Origin: Gammaproteobacteria bacterium
Lineage (GTDB): Bacteria > Pseudomonadota > Gammaproteobacteria > JABDGN01
Direction of reading: 5' to 3'
Length of the DNA: 64,000 nucleotides
Assembly: GCA_013285995.1 (NCBI GenBank)
Contig: JABDGN010000003.1
Coordinates: 5,317 to 69,316 of the forward strand
The position numbers were made by a program, and so were the translations under genes. Below are positions 38,577-48,088 of the stretch, in pieces (positions within the stretch are counted from its first letter, which is position 1; every line of letters starts with the position of its first letter). The notes beneath the pieces are model-generated. The model saw only the letters and a program-made list of their open reading frames with translations, was not told the origin of the DNA and made no database searches.

Positions 38577-38712
38577 GTTGTGAGTTGTGGGTTGTCAGTT
38601 GTGAGAGAATTTAGTTGTGAGTTGTGAGTTGTGAGAAAAAGCAAAATCTTTTTTCTTATAAATGTTTCTTGCGATACACAGTCATGAGATCTCACAACTC
38701 ATGCCTCACAAC
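38577..38712. repeat. short tandem GTTGTGAG/CTCACAAC repeat array forming an inverted-repeat structure
   Basis: gagttgtgagttgtgggttgtcagttgtgag...agttgtgagttgtgagttgtgag and the reverse tctcacaactcatgcctcacaact. Lies between hupB and tRNA-Val. Confidence 0.7.
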
Positions 38713-38721
38713 TAATATTGC

Positions 38722-38797
38722 GGGTGCTTAGCTCAGTTGGTAGAGCATCGCCCTTACAAGGCGAGGGTCGGGGGTTCGAACCCCTCAGCACCCACCA
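38722..38797 (+). tRNA. tRNA-Val (anticodon TAC), CCA encoded
   Basis: gggtgcttagctcagttggtagagc...cTTACAa...ggttcgaac...agcacccacca. Confidence 0.9.
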
Positions 38798-38799
38798 TT

Positions 38800-38880
38800 T
38801 ATTAAGTTGTGGGTTGTGGGTTGTCAGTTGTGAGTAAATTATCTCACAACTCATGCCTCACAACTCACAGCTAATATCCA
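38800..38880. repeat. short tandem GTTGTGGG/GTTGTGAG repeat with inverted copy
   Basis: ttaagttgtgggttgtgggttgtcagttgtgagtaaattatctcacaactcatgcctcacaactcacag. Second copy of the structure that flanks tRNA-Val. Confidence 0.7.
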
Positions 38881-38882
38881 GC

Positions 38883-38959
38883 GGAGTGGTAGTTCAGCTG
38901 GTTAGAATACCGGCCTGTCACGCCGGGGGTCGCGGGTTCGAACCCCGTCCACTCCGCCA
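38883..38959 (+). tRNA. tRNA-Asp (anticodon GTC), CCA encoded
   Basis: ggagtggtagttcagctggttagaataccggcctGTCacgccgggggtcgcgggttcgaaccccgtccactccgcca. Confidence 0.9.
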
Positions 38960-38989
38960 TATTCTTAAGGATTGGGGATTAATAAAACC

Positions 38990-39052
38990 GTAGGGGCGGG
39001 GCTTGACCCGCCCATTGCGGGACGGTCAAGCCCGTCCCCTACAGGTTTTTAT
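38990..39052. repeat. family A compound palindromic element (gtaggggcggggcttgacccgcccattgcgggacggtcaagcccgtcccctac)
   Basis: Variant spacer, same GTAGGGGC/GCCCCTAC termini. Confidence 0.75.
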
Positions 39053-39082
39053 AATCCTCAATCCTTCTTTCTGAGGGACTCT

Positions 39083-40996
39083 ATGTTACAACGCATGCGC
39101 GATGGTATTCAAGGTTGGATTGCGTGGATCATCATCATCGCTATCATCGCTTCCCTTTGCCTCTTAGGCGTCAATTATTATCTGCATGGCCAGAGTGGCA
39201 ACAGTAATGCGGTGGCTCAGGTTGACGACACCGTCATTACACAACAGCAATTAACTAATGCCTATAATCGGGCCCGCAGTCAACAAGTCGATTTACCCGC
39301 TAATTCTGCTGCTGAACAACAATTGCGGCACGATGTATTACAAAAATTAGTCGACCAAGCCTTAACGCAAAATATTGCGCAAGCCAATGGGTTTAGTATT
39401 TCGCGCGAGCAAGTCGATAATTTAATTGCACAAATTCCTGCGTTTCAAACTAATGGCCAATTCTCATCTGACCGTTTCGCGGCGATTTTAAGCCAACTTA
39501 ACTATACGCCACCGCAATTTATGGATGAAATGCGTTCCGGCATGTTGATTAACCAATTAGAAGGGGGCTTGGCAATCTCAAGCTTTGCCTTGCCTAGTGA
39601 AATTGCTGGCACGATTCAAATGGTTAAGCAAACCCGCGATTTTAGTTACACCCAAATTCCGGTGACTCAGTATTTAAAGAAAGTGACGGTAACTACGGAT
39701 CAAGCGCAACAATATTATGTTGCTCATCAAAATGATTTCCTCACCCCCGAAAAAGTGCAGGTTAATTATTTAATGTTGACGGGTGCTAATGTGGCTGCGG
39801 GTATCAAACCCAGCGCAGCTGACTTGCAACAGTTTTATCAAACCAATATCAGTAATTATTCGCAACCCGCGCAATGGAAAATTGCTCATATCGTGATTCG
39901 TGTAGATGGCAATGATCCAAAAGCGATTGCTAAAGAATTAGAGACAATTGAAACCGCCATCAAAGCAGGAGCTGATTTTGGCTCACTTGCGAAAAAATAT
40001 TCTGATGATCCTTTGTCAGCGCGACAAGGCGGTGTATTGCCGTGGGTATCAGCCGGTACCTTGCCGCAAGCTGTACAAGCTGCCGTGATGAATTTGAAAG
40101 TCGGGGAAGTTTCCGCGCCCGTAAAAAATGCGACGGAAGATAGTTACGAAATTATTAAATTATTAGATCTTAAAAAACCGACCGTGACACCGTTTGCGCA
40201 AGTGAAAACGGCGGTTCAACAAGCCTATATACAACAACAAACGCAACAGCAATTAGCCAATGCCGCGCAACAATTACAAGATTTAACCTTCCAAAATCCA
40301 GATTCTTTGCAAGCAGCGGCGCAAGCTTTAAATTTAAAAGTACAAACTTCCGATTGGTTATTGCGCAATACGCCGCCCACGCAAGGTGTATTTAGCAACA
40401 CTAATTTATTTCAAGCGGCTTTCAGTGATCAACTGCGCAGTGGTACGAATAGTGATGTATTGTATCCGGATCAAACCACGGCCATCGTACTGCGGGTGAA
40501 AGATTATCAAGCGGCGCAACCGATTCCATTCGCGCAGGTACAGGCGAAGATTACCCAGTTATTGACGGAGCAAGCCAGTGCCCAACAAGCGCAAGCGTTT
40601 GCCGATCGCTTAGTGAAAGCATTGCAAGATGGTCAAACGTTAGCGCAATTAACGGCGGCTTATGGTGTGAAGTGGAGTGGGGTGAGTAAAGCCGATCGAC
40701 ACAGTCAGAAGGTGAATTCATTGATTTTACAAACGGCGTTCAATGTGCCGCGTCCTGCCAAAGGTGCGATTTCTGCCACCAACGTGACTTTACCAACGCA
40801 ACAAATCGCGGTGATTGCTGTGACGGCGGTTTATGATAACAGCTCAAAAATAGCGCCCTTACCAGCAGAGCAAAAGATTTATCAAACGCAACTGCAAAAT
40901 TATTACAGCCAATTCGCGCAAACCGAATTGCTTAATTACTATCGTCGCCAGGCAGATGTGAAAATTTATCAGCAGCAGATGCAGGCGGATAGTTAG
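39083..40996 (+). CDS. ppiD: periplasmic chaperone / peptidyl-prolyl isomerase PpiD
   Basis: N-terminal TM segment MLQRMRDGIQGWIAWIIIIAIIASL, SurA-like and parvulin-like regions. Conserved position after hupB. Confidence 0.85.
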   Translation: MLQRMRDGIQGWIAWIIIIAIIASLCLLGVNYYLHGQSGNSNAVAQVDDTVITQQQLTNAYNRARSQQVDLPANSAAEQQLRHDVLQKLVDQALTQNIAQANGFSISREQVDNLIAQIPAFQTNGQFSSDRFAAILSQLNYTPPQFMDEMRSGMLINQLEGGLAISSFALPSEIAGTIQMVKQTRDFSYTQIPVTQYLKKVTVTTDQAQQYYVAHQNDFLTPEKVQVNYLMLTGANVAAGIKPSAADLQQFYQTNISNYSQPAQWKIAHIVIRVDGNDPKAIAKELETIETAIKAGADFGSLAKKYSDDPLSARQGGVLPWVSAGTLPQAVQAAVMNLKVGEVSAPVKNATEDSYEIIKLLDLKKPTVTPFAQVKTAVQQAYIQQQTQQQLANAAQQLQDLTFQNPDSLQAAAQALNLKVQTSDWLLRNTPPTQGVFSNTNLFQAAFSDQLRSGTNSDVLYPDQTTAIVLRVKDYQAAQPIPFAQVQAKITQLLTEQASAQQAQAFADRLVKALQDGQTLAQLTAAYGVKWSGVSKADRHSQKVNSLILQTAFNVPRPAKGAISATNVTLPTQQIAVIAVTAVYDNSSKIAPLPAEQKIYQTQLQNYYSQFAQTELLNYYRRQADVKIYQQQMQADS

Positions 40997-41001
40997 GATT
41001 C

Positions 41002-41105
41002 GTAGGTCGGCTTCCCGAGCTTCGCATCAAGCGAAGTGAGTAAGCCGACATTTGTTGTCGGCTTGTTCGTTTTGCCTATCGGCAAAACTCCGGAAGCCGA
41101 CCTAC
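41002..41105. repeat. family B compound palindromic element
   Basis: gtaggtcggcttcccgagcttcgc...ggcaaaactccggaagccgacctac, 6 nt after the ppiD stop. Confidence 0.8.
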
Positions 41106-41113
41106 GCCTAAAA

Positions 41114-42424
41114 TCATCCTCTCACTTGCAGCTTTTCCCCCACCTGCAACGGCTTCCGCGGATTTAATTGATTCAAACTTACTAACTGTTTCACACTCAT
41201 CTTATGCCGTTCGGCAATGCCCGACAGCGTATCACCCGCTTTCACCCGATAAACTACTGTCCCTCCCAAACCAGGTTCGCGCTCATGCATCAAGAAATTA
41301 CGCGAGGTAGCGTGAGCACTGACCGGTGGGGGAGACGTGGGCACTAACAACACTTGGCCGGTATGCAATTTATCGGTGACCAATTGATTACTAGCGCGAA
41401 TTAAATCAATTGTAGTGTGGTAACGTTGGGCCACTTTTTCGATGGTGTCATGGCGTTTTACTGTGTAATTTTGCCATTTAATATTATTTAATTCAGCGAT
41501 GCCATCGGTGAATTGTTGCTCTTGAGCGGCGGGTACCACGATGTGATAGGTATGATTCGGTGCGCTGGCAGAGCGATTAAAGCCAGGATTTAATTGATAA
41601 AACTCCTGCATACTGATGCCAGCTAATTGGGCGGCTTCAGTCAAATCAATTTGCGAATGCACGGTTACAAAGGCTAAATAAGGTTTATCCGGCGTAGCAG
41701 GCCAATCAATCGGGTACTTTTTCTGATCTTGCAAAATAATCGCCAAAGCTAGTAATTTAGGCACATATTGCCGGGTTTGTTCGGGCAAACGCAAATCCCA
41801 AAAGTCGGTCGGCAAGCCGCGTGCTGAATTGCGAGCAATCGCATTTTGCACGGTCCCTTCACCGGCGTTATAAGCGGCAATCGCTAAATACCAATCGCCA
41901 TTAAAATATTGTTTTAAGTAAGCTAAGTAATCCAGCGCTGCTTGCGTGGAAGCAAAAATATCACGTCTTCCGTCGTACCACCAATCACGTTTTACTTTGT
42001 AATAACTGGCTGTACCGGGTAAAAATTGCCATAAACCGGAAGCACCTGAAGGCGAGTGCGCATAAGGATTGTAAGCACTTTCGACAATCGGCAATAAGGC
42101 TAATTCGCCGGGCATATTACGCGTTTTAACTTGCTGTTGGATATAATAAATATAGGGGCTGCCACGGGTGGCGGAATGGACCAGGAAATCCTGATGCGAC
42201 ATATACCAATCAATTTGCGCTTGAACTTCGGAACGATTAGCATATTCATTCAGTGAAAAATTTTTATCTAAAACGCGCCATATATTCGTTTCAGTTTCAC
42301 CCGTTGTAGGATTTACAAACTCGGGCGAAGGTTGGCTAGCATGCCCAAACGGCATAAAAGAAGTGCTGCTGCTGCAAGCAGAAAGACTTAAAGCGATAAT
42401 GACGGCTAAGGCTAATTTTTTCAC
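41114..42424 (-). CDS. mltD: membrane-bound lytic murein transglycosylase D-like lipoprotein with LysM domains
   Basis: Lipobox LSAC. SLT domain ES..NP.A.S..GA.GLWQF. C-terminal LysM repeats (YTVKRHDTIEKVA, YRVKAGDTLSGIA). Confidence 0.85.
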   Translation of the reverse strand: MKKLALAVIIALSLSACSSSTSFMPFGHASQPSPEFVNPTTGETETNIWRVLDKNFSLNEYANRSEVQAQIDWYMSHQDFLVHSATRGSPYIYYIQQQVKTRNMPGELALLPIVESAYNPYAHSPSGASGLWQFLPGTASYYKVKRDWWYDGRRDIFASTQAALDYLAYLKQYFNGDWYLAIAAYNAGEGTVQNAIARNSARGLPTDFWDLRLPEQTRQYVPKLLALAIILQDQKKYPIDWPATPDKPYLAFVTVHSQIDLTEAAQLAGISMQEFYQLNPGFNRSASAPNHTYHIVVPAAQEQQFTDGIAELNNIKWQNYTVKRHDTIEKVAQRYHTTIDLIRASNQLVTDKLHTGQVLLVPTSPPPVSAHATSRNFLMHEREPGLGGTVVYRVKAGDTLSGIAERHKMSVKQLVSLNQLNPRKPLQVGEKLQVRG

Positions 42425-42534
42425 TCGCGCATGGTACGGTGATGGGCGCTGAAAATCAAGTAGTAATTGAATTGATTTCTTTCAAAACTCTAGGGTTTTA
42501 CAAGAAACCTAGAATTTTAAGGTATACTAACACG

Positions 42535-43194
42535 ATGCAACTTTTCAATGATCATTATCATGGCTTTCTTAACTGGTTGGCAACGCCCACCGGACGTCGG
42601 TTTTTGGACCTTGAATTAGCGCAGTTTATCAAGCCTATGCAAGGCAGCCATGGCAATCAATTATTATTAATTGGTAATGCTGTTTTTCATCCCTTGCTCA
42701 AAGAGGGATGTTTTGCGAATACCCATGCTATTGGCCTCAATCAGTTAAAGAAAAAGTTACCTTATCCGGATGAGAAATTTGACTGCATTATCTTGCCGCA
42801 TGTTTTAGAGTTTGTGGCCGAACCGGAACTCATTGTGAAAGAAATGCAACGACTTTTATATCCCGAAGGAAGTCTATTGATCAGCGGTTTTTATCCACGC
42901 AGTTTTTCCCGTTTACTGCACAACTTCACGACGAGTAAACCGAAGCGCCATGATCGCGCTGCTGCAATACCGGTACGCAATTTAACTAAACAATTGCAAG
43001 CCATTGAGTTAGAAGAGATTCAATGTACGGCTTTTGCGCTTGGAAAATGGTATCGGTATTTGCCACTTTTTCCAACGGCCTATGTCATTAAAGCTGCTGA
43101 ACGCCGCGAAGGGCTTACGCCTTTGCGGAGTCGTGCACAAATTATTAAGCCGCGTTTTGCTACTGGCACAAGTCTCGCCTATGAAAAAAGTTGA
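42535..43194 (+). CDS. SAM-dependent methyltransferase, YafS-like
   Basis: Sits at the position E. coli yafS occupies between mltD and rnhA. ORF opens at 42439; start placed at [11 protein letters not shown]. Confidence 0.65.
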   Translation: MQLFNDHYHGFLNWLATPTGRRFLDLELAQFIKPMQGSHGNQLLLIGNAVFHPLLKEGCFANTHAIGLNQLKKKLPYPDEKFDCIILPHVLEFVAEPELIVKEMQRLLYPEGSLLISGFYPRSFSRLLHNFTTSKPKRHDRAAAIPVRNLTKQLQAIELEEIQCTAFALGKWYRYLPLFPTAYVIKAAERREGLTPLRSRAQIIKPRFATGTSLAYEKS

Positions 43195-43663
43195 AATTTT
43201 TACTGATGGTGCCTGCCAAGGTAATCCTGGGCCCGGCGGCTGGGGCGCGATTTTACGTTATGGTGAAACGGAAAAAGAATTATCCGGTGCTGTTTCTGAC
43301 ACTACCAATAATCGCATGGAGTTAACGGCTGCGATTGAAGCACTCAAGGCTTTAAAAAAACCGTGCGAAGTGAGCTTAAGCACTGATTCGAAATACGTAC
43401 AAGAGGGTATCCAAAAGTATATTCACAACTGGAAAAAAAATGGTTGGAAAACAGCTAATAAAAATGCCGTTAAAAATGCCGATTTATGGCAACAGCTTGA
43501 TGCAGTCGCTAGTCAACATGCAGTACAGTGGCATTGGGTGAAAGGGCATAATGGGCATCTGGAAAATGAACGGGCGGATCAATTGGCGGTGCAGGCAGTA
43601 AAAAATATGCTAAATAAAAATCCCCCCTGCCCCCCTTTTCCAAAGGGGGGATCTCTTATTTGA
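43181..43663 (+). CDS. rnhA: ribonuclease HI
   Basis: [25 protein letters not shown]...[14 protein letters not shown]...[16 protein letters not shown]. The last 14 codons ([14 protein letters not shown]) and the stop lie inside the family D repeat. Confidence 0.85.
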   Translation: MKKVEIFTDGACQGNPGPGGWGAILRYGETEKELSGAVSDTTNNRMELTAAIEALKALKKPCEVSLSTDSKYVQEGIQKYIHNWKKNGWKTANKNAVKNADLWQQLDAVASQHAVQWHWVKGHNGHLENERADQLAVQAVKNMLNKNPPCPPFPKGGSLI

Positions 43664-43850
43664 TTTCCCCCTTTTCCAAAGGGGGGATCTCTTATTTGAT
43701 TTCCCCCTTTTCCAGAGGGGGGATCTCTTATTTGATTTCCCCCTTTTCCAAAGGGGGGATCTCTTATTTGATTTCCCCCTTTTCCAAAGGGGGGATCTCT
43801 TATTTGATTTCCCCCTTTGAAAAAGGGGGATTAAGGGGGATTTAAGAAAT
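43633..43850. repeat. family D tandem array: about 5.5 copies of a 36-bp unit (cccccttttccaaaggggggatctcttatttgattt)
   Basis: Direct perfect repeats, each with a C5-TTTTCCAAA-G6 hairpin. Fills the whole rnhA-dnaQ spacer. The ORF track's 61-aa reading ([12 protein letters not shown] x5) is a translation artifact. Confidence 0.9.
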
Positions 43851-43855
43851 TAATT

Positions 43856-44542
43856 ATGTCACGACAAATTGTACTAGATACCGAAACCACCGGCCTTGAA
43901 CCCTCGAAAGGCCATCGCATCGTGGAAATTGGGTGCATTGAAATTATCAATCGCCAAATCACCGAGCGTTATTTTCATCACTATCTTAATCCCGAACGCG
44001 CCATTGAAGCCGGCGCACAAATGGTGCATGGCATTACCGATGACTTACTAAAAGATAAACCTAAATTCAGCGAAATCATTGATGAGTTATTAGCCTTTAT
44101 AAAAGATGCCGAAGTGATTATCCACAATGCACCGTTTGATGTAGGATTTTTGAATCACGAACTCAAACTCAGCAAACGCAAATTAGGCGTAATCACAGAT
44201 TATTGTCGTGTCACCGACACATTAGCCATGGCGCGCGAAATGCACCCGGGGCAGCGCAATAATTTGGATGCTTTGTGCAAGCGTTATGGAGTGGATAATT
44301 CCAATCGCGATTTGCATGGTGGTTTGCTGGATGCTGAATTACTTGCTTTAACTTATTTGGCGATGACTTCCGGGCAAGATAGTTTGTTTGCGGAACTGGA
44401 AGTGAATGATAAACCCACTGCGGCTGAAACACGTGTGACAACTAGCGTTAACAATGCTTTGCCAGTGTTGGCTGCGAACGCTGAAGAATTAACCGCGCAT
44501 AGCGATATTATGCAGCGCTTAGTGAAAGCGGACCTGTGGTGA
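43856..44542 (+). CDS. dnaQ: DNA polymerase III subunit epsilon (3'-5' proofreading exonuclease)
   Basis: Exo I VLDTETTG, Exo II, Exo III HGGLLDAELLA. Confidence 0.92.
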   Translation: MSRQIVLDTETTGLEPSKGHRIVEIGCIEIINRQITERYFHHYLNPERAIEAGAQMVHGITDDLLKDKPKFSEIIDELLAFIKDAEVIIHNAPFDVGFLNHELKLSKRKLGVITDYCRVTDTLAMAREMHPGQRNNLDALCKRYGVDNSNRDLHGGLLDAELLALTYLAMTSGQDSLFAELEVNDKPTAAETRVTTSVNNALPVLAANAEELTAHSDIMQRLVKADLW

Positions 44543-44562
44543 TTTCGTCATCACTTGGTAAT

Positions 44563-44665
44563 GTAGGTCGGCTTCCCGAGTTTCGCTTTAGCGAAGCGAG
44601 TAAGCCGACATTATGTGTCGGCTTGTTCATCTCGCCTTACGGCGAAACTCCGGAAGCCGACCTAC
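44563..44665. repeat. family B compound palindromic element
   Basis: gtaggtcggcttcccgagtttcgctttagcgaagcgagtaagccgac...ggcgaaactccggaagccgacctac. Confidence 0.8.
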
Positions 44666-45111
44666 GCTGCATCTCCAATTGCCTCCAACACTTCCTCCAC
44701 ATGTCCTGTGACCTTGACATTGCGCCATTCTTTGATGAGCTTACCCCCTTTAAATAAAAACGTACTGCGATCGACGCCTAAATATTCTTTGCCATAAAGC
44801 TTTTTCATTTTCATCACCTCAAAATGCTGACAAAGTTTTTCTTCCGGGTCGCTGATCAGCGCAAAGGGAAACTCAAACTGACATTTAAATTTATCGTGTG
44901 ATTTGAGACTGTCACGCGATACGCCATAGACGCTCGCACCTAATTTGCTAAATTTTTTAAAATGCTTGGCAAAATCCTGGCCTTCTAAGGTACAGCCTGG
45001 CGTATTATCTTTGGGGTAAAAATATACGACCAAATAAGGGGTTTCAACTTCGCTGAGTTTGACTTCGCCTTGTGTAGTAGATAAAGTAAAGTCAGGTAAT
45101 TTTTTGTTCAT
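44662..45111 (-). CDS. bcp: thiol peroxidase Bcp (peroxiredoxin)
   Basis: VVYFYPKDNTPGCTLEGQDF peroxidatic Cys motif. 149 aa. Confidence 0.88.
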   Translation of the reverse strand: MNKKLPDFTLSTTQGEVKLSEVETPYLVVYFYPKDNTPGCTLEGQDFAKHFKKFSKLGASVYGVSRDSLKSHDKFKCQFEFPFALISDPEEKLCQHFEVMKMKKLYGKEYLGVDRSTFLFKGGKLIKEWRNVKVTGHVEEVLEAIGDAA

Positions 45112-45142
45112 TTAACGTTGTCCTATTTAGTTAAGAACTCCG

Positions 45143-45249
45143 TCGTCATTCCCGCCCCCGTCTTCACGAGGGTAAACTCCAGCGGGAATCCAGAAATAAA
45201 GTAAACAATTTGAATTAAAGGCTGGATCCCCGCTTTCGCGGGGATGACG
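45143..45249. repeat. family C MITE-like element (variant with ttcacgagggtaaactcc core)
   Basis: cgtcattcccgcccccgtcttcacgagggtaaactccagcgggaatccag...ggatccccgctttcgcggggatgacgg. Confidence 0.75.
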
Positions 45250-45300
45250 GGGTGAAGTTAATATGATACCATACTGCCTCTTTTTAAAAGGCCTTAATTT

Positions 45301-46188
45301 ATGTCTAAAAGCCACAAATTTACTGGCAGCTTCGTCGCGCTCATCACCCCCATGCAGGCAGATGGCGCAGTTGATTTTCCAGCGTTGGATCGTTTGGTCG
45401 ATTTTCATTTAGCCAACCAAACCGATGGTATTGTGGTGCTCGGCACTACGGGTGAGGCGCCGACCATTACCAAAGCTGAATTTCCCGTGGTGATCAGCCA
45501 CGTCCTTAAACGAGTCAATAAAAAAATCCCGGTGATCGCCGGAGCTGGCAAAAATGCCACGGCCGAAACCGTACATCTGGCACAAGAAGTGAGCCAGTTA
45601 GGCGTGGATGGTTTACTGATCGTCACACCGTATTACAATCGCCCCACTCAAGAAGGCTTGTATCAACACTATATGAAAATTGCGGAAGCAGTTGATTTAC
45701 CACAGATTTTGTATAATGTTCCAGGTCGTACCGGCTGCGATTTATTGCCCGCCACCGTGGCACGTTTAACCAAAGCGATGCCGCATATTATCGGTATTAA
45801 AGAAGTCGTGAGTGTTGAACGCGTTAAACAATTAGTAGAGCAGTGTGGTGATATTGCGATTTATTGCGGTGATGATCCCAACAATTTGCCGTATTTACAA
45901 GCCGGCGCCTGTGGCTTAATTTCAGTGACTGCTAATGTTGCACCCAAAGCGCTGCACGACATGTGTGCCGCTTGTTTTGCCGGTGATTTAAAGCAAGCTG
46001 AAAAAATTCATCAGCAGCTGGGCTTATTGAATAAAGATTTATTTATCGAATCAAGCCCCGCGCCAACTAAGTGGGTTTTGCAGCAAATGGGCTTAATCGA
46101 AAATAATTTACGTTTACCGTTGGTGCCTTTGAGCGACAGAAGTCAGGCAGCAGTGCGTGAAGCGATGCAAGTCGCAGAAATAATTTAA
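45301..46188 (+). CDS. dapA: 4-hydroxy-tetrahydrodipicolinate synthase
   Basis: GSFVALITPM...VVLGTTGE...YNVPGRTG. 295 aa. Confidence 0.93.
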   Translation: MSKSHKFTGSFVALITPMQADGAVDFPALDRLVDFHLANQTDGIVVLGTTGEAPTITKAEFPVVISHVLKRVNKKIPVIAGAGKNATAETVHLAQEVSQLGVDGLLIVTPYYNRPTQEGLYQHYMKIAEAVDLPQILYNVPGRTGCDLLPATVARLTKAMPHIIGIKEVVSVERVKQLVEQCGDIAIYCGDDPNNLPYLQAGACGLISVTANVAPKALHDMCAACFAGDLKQAEKIHQQLGLLNKDLFIESSPAPTKWVLQQMGLIENNLRLPLVPLSDRSQAAVREAMQVAEII

Positions 46189-46203
46189 TGTGGTTGTTGT
46201 TTG

Positions 46204-46336
46204 CGTCATCCCGGAAATTGCCCCCGTTTTCACGAGGGTAAACTCCGCAATTATCCGGGATCCAGGTATTATCCCCGCGAAAGCGGGGACCCAGCATTAA
46301 AAAATGCCTGGATTCCCGCCTTCGCGGGAATGACGT
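46204..46336. repeat. family C MITE-like compound element
   Basis: cgtcatcccggaaattgcccccgttttcacgagggtaaactccgcaattatccgggatccag...ctggattcccgccttcgcgggaatgacg. Contains two nested inverted-repeat modules. Confidence 0.75.
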
Positions 46337-46404
46337 GAAATGTTGGTTTGTTCATTTCACCGTTGGCAAAATTTAGCAAGCCAACTTTACTTGGATTTTT
46401 TAAT

Positions 46405-46983
46405 ATGAAGTTAATTAGAATTTTTTTATTTGGATTGATCGTCTTAAATCTTACCGCTTGCTGGCCCATCGCTGGCCAACACGGTTTGATTCATAATCGG
46501 GAAAACGATTATTTAAAGAGTCAGCAGCAAACCACGCTCGCAATCCCAGCTGGCTTGAGCAATAGCAATATTCAAGATCAAGCGCCGATTCCGCAAGGTC
46601 CCGCTTGGAGTTCAACGACACCCGCTAGCATTCTGCCGCCCGGTAGTATTTTAGCGCAGGGTAAAGCTATTGCGCCGGCTTTGCAAGGTAATGGACCTTG
46701 GTTAGGAGTAGGTTCTAATGGTGAACCGGCTTTATTAGTGAATGGAAAAATTGCTACTGTATGGCCGCAAGTCGCAACCGCTTTACAAGCATTGCAATAC
46801 CAAATTGCAGGCAGCGATCAACGCGTTGGTTTATATATGGTAAGCCGCAATAAACAAGCTTTTGTGTTTAATGTGTTGCAAGCTCAACAAGGTGTAGTGA
46901 TTACAGTGGAATCCTATGAAAGCATCCCATTGCAAAATAAAGACGCGAAAAAATTATTACAAGAATTAAGCAAGAAATTATGA
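46405..46983 (+). CDS. lipoprotein, BamC(NlpB)-like by position
   Basis: Lipobox VLNLTAC after a signal peptide. Located between dapA and purC as bamC is in E. coli, but only about 190 aa. Confidence 0.5.
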   Translation: MKLIRIFLFGLIVLNLTACWPIAGQHGLIHNRENDYLKSQQQTTLAIPAGLSNSNIQDQAPIPQGPAWSSTTPASILPPGSILAQGKAIAPALQGNGPWLGVGSNGEPALLVNGKIATVWPQVATALQALQYQIAGSDQRVGLYMVSRNKQAFVFNVLQAQQGVVITVESYESIPLQNKDAKKLLQELSKKL

Positions 46984-47690
46984 AAAAAACTATCTTAGCT
47001 ACCGGCAAATCTAAAACGATTTACACAACCGATGATCCTAACTTATTGGTGATGGAGTTTCGTGATGACGCGACGGCCTTTAATGGAGTAAAAAAAGCGT
47101 CGTTGGCGCGCAAGGGCAAAGTGAACAATCATTTTAACGCGCATGTGATGCAATTATTGGCGGCTGAAAATATTGCCGTGCATTTTGTAAAATTATTATC
47201 GGAAACAGAATCGCTGGTTAAAAAGCTCGACATGATCCGTATCGAGTTTGTGGTGCGTAATGTAGTGGCTGGTGGCATCAGTAAACGTTTAGGAATCGAA
47301 GAAGGCATGGTATTGCCTGAGCCCACTTTAGAATTATTTTTAAAAGACGATGCTTTGGGCGATCCGATGATCAATGAATCGCATGTGCACGTATTTAACT
47401 GGGCGAAAGATGAAGAAATCGCTGAGTTGAAACAAAGAACTTTACGCATCAATACCATTCTCAAAGCCTTCTTTGCCAAAGCCGGTTTAACCCTGGTGGA
47501 TTTTAAATTGGAATTTGGCCGCGCTGATGGCAAACTATTATTAGGCGATGAATTTACCTTAGATGGCTGTCGCGTGTGGGATACTAAAACGCAAAAGAAA
47601 TTTGACAAAGATCGCTTCCGCCGTGATTTAGGTGAGGTGATTGAATCGTATGAAGAAGCGGCGGAACGGTTGGGGATTGATGTTTTGTAG
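46980..47690 (+). CDS. purC: phosphoribosylaminoimidazole-succinocarboxamide synthase
   Basis: SAICAR synthetase family. 236 aa. Its stop TAG forms the head of the following family A element. Confidence 0.93.
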   Translation: MKKTILATGKSKTIYTTDDPNLLVMEFRDDATAFNGVKKASLARKGKVNNHFNAHVMQLLAAENIAVHFVKLLSETESLVKKLDMIRIEFVVRNVVAGGISKRLGIEEGMVLPEPTLELFLKDDALGDPMINESHVHVFNWAKDEEIAELKQRTLRINTILKAFFAKAGLTLVDFKLEFGRADGKLLLGDEFTLDGCRVWDTKTQKKFDKDRFRRDLGEVIESYEEAAERLGIDVL

Positions 47691-47736
47691 GGGCGCCTCG
47701 CGAGGCGCCCGTGGGCCGGTCGCGACCGGCCCCTAC
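47687..47736. repeat. family A compound palindromic element (gtaggggcgcctcgcgaggcgcccgtgggccggtcgcgaccggcccctac)
   Basis: Overlaps the purC stop codon. 10 nt upstream of tRNA-Ser. Confidence 0.8.
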
Positions 47737-47746
47737 ATTTAGCGTA

Positions 47747-47837
47747 GGAGAGGTACCGAAGTGGTCATAACGGCACCGACTCGAAATCGGTCGGGGGAGC
47801 AATCCCCACAAGGGTTCGAATCCCTTCCTCTCCGCCA
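47747..47837 (+). tRNA. tRNA-Ser (anticodon CGA), CCA encoded
   Basis: ggagaggtaccgaagtggtc...accga-ctCGAaa-tcggt, long variable arm, ggttcgaatccc T-arm and cctctccgcca. Confidence 0.88.
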
Positions 47838-47845
47838 TATTTTTT

Positions 47846-47878
47846 AAAAAGGGCAACGCAGTTGCCCTTTTTAAAAAA
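47846..47878. terminator. rho-independent terminator hairpin (aaaaagggcaacgcagttgccctttttaaaaaa)
   Basis: Perfect 9-bp GC-containing stem with T-run. Directly after tRNA-Ser. Confidence 0.75.
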
Positions 47879-47954
47879 TACAGCGAGAGGGTAGGATGAG
47901 AACACTCTGGTTCGACAAATTCGCCGGGAGCGAATTTGGTCGCGCTTTGGCTTC

Positions 47955-48074
47955 GTAGGTCGGCTTACGAGAGTTTCGCATTAAGCGAAACGAACAAGCC
48001 GACAGCATGGCAAATTTCAAATATTGTCGGCTTGTTCATCACGCCTGCGGCGTAACTCTCGTAAACCGACCTAC
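47955..48074. repeat. family B compound palindromic element
   Basis: gtaggtcggcttacgagagtttcgcattaagcgaaacgaacaagccgac...gtaactctcgtaaaccgacctac. Confidence 0.8.
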
Positions 48075-48088
48075 AATTATATACAACC

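Noticed and set aside
43660-43845. 61-aa [16 protein letters not shown]... and a possible CRISPR array
   Set aside because: The peptide is a translation of the perfect 36-bp tandem repeat. Units abut directly with no unique spacers, so this is not a CRISPR array and there is no coding evidence.
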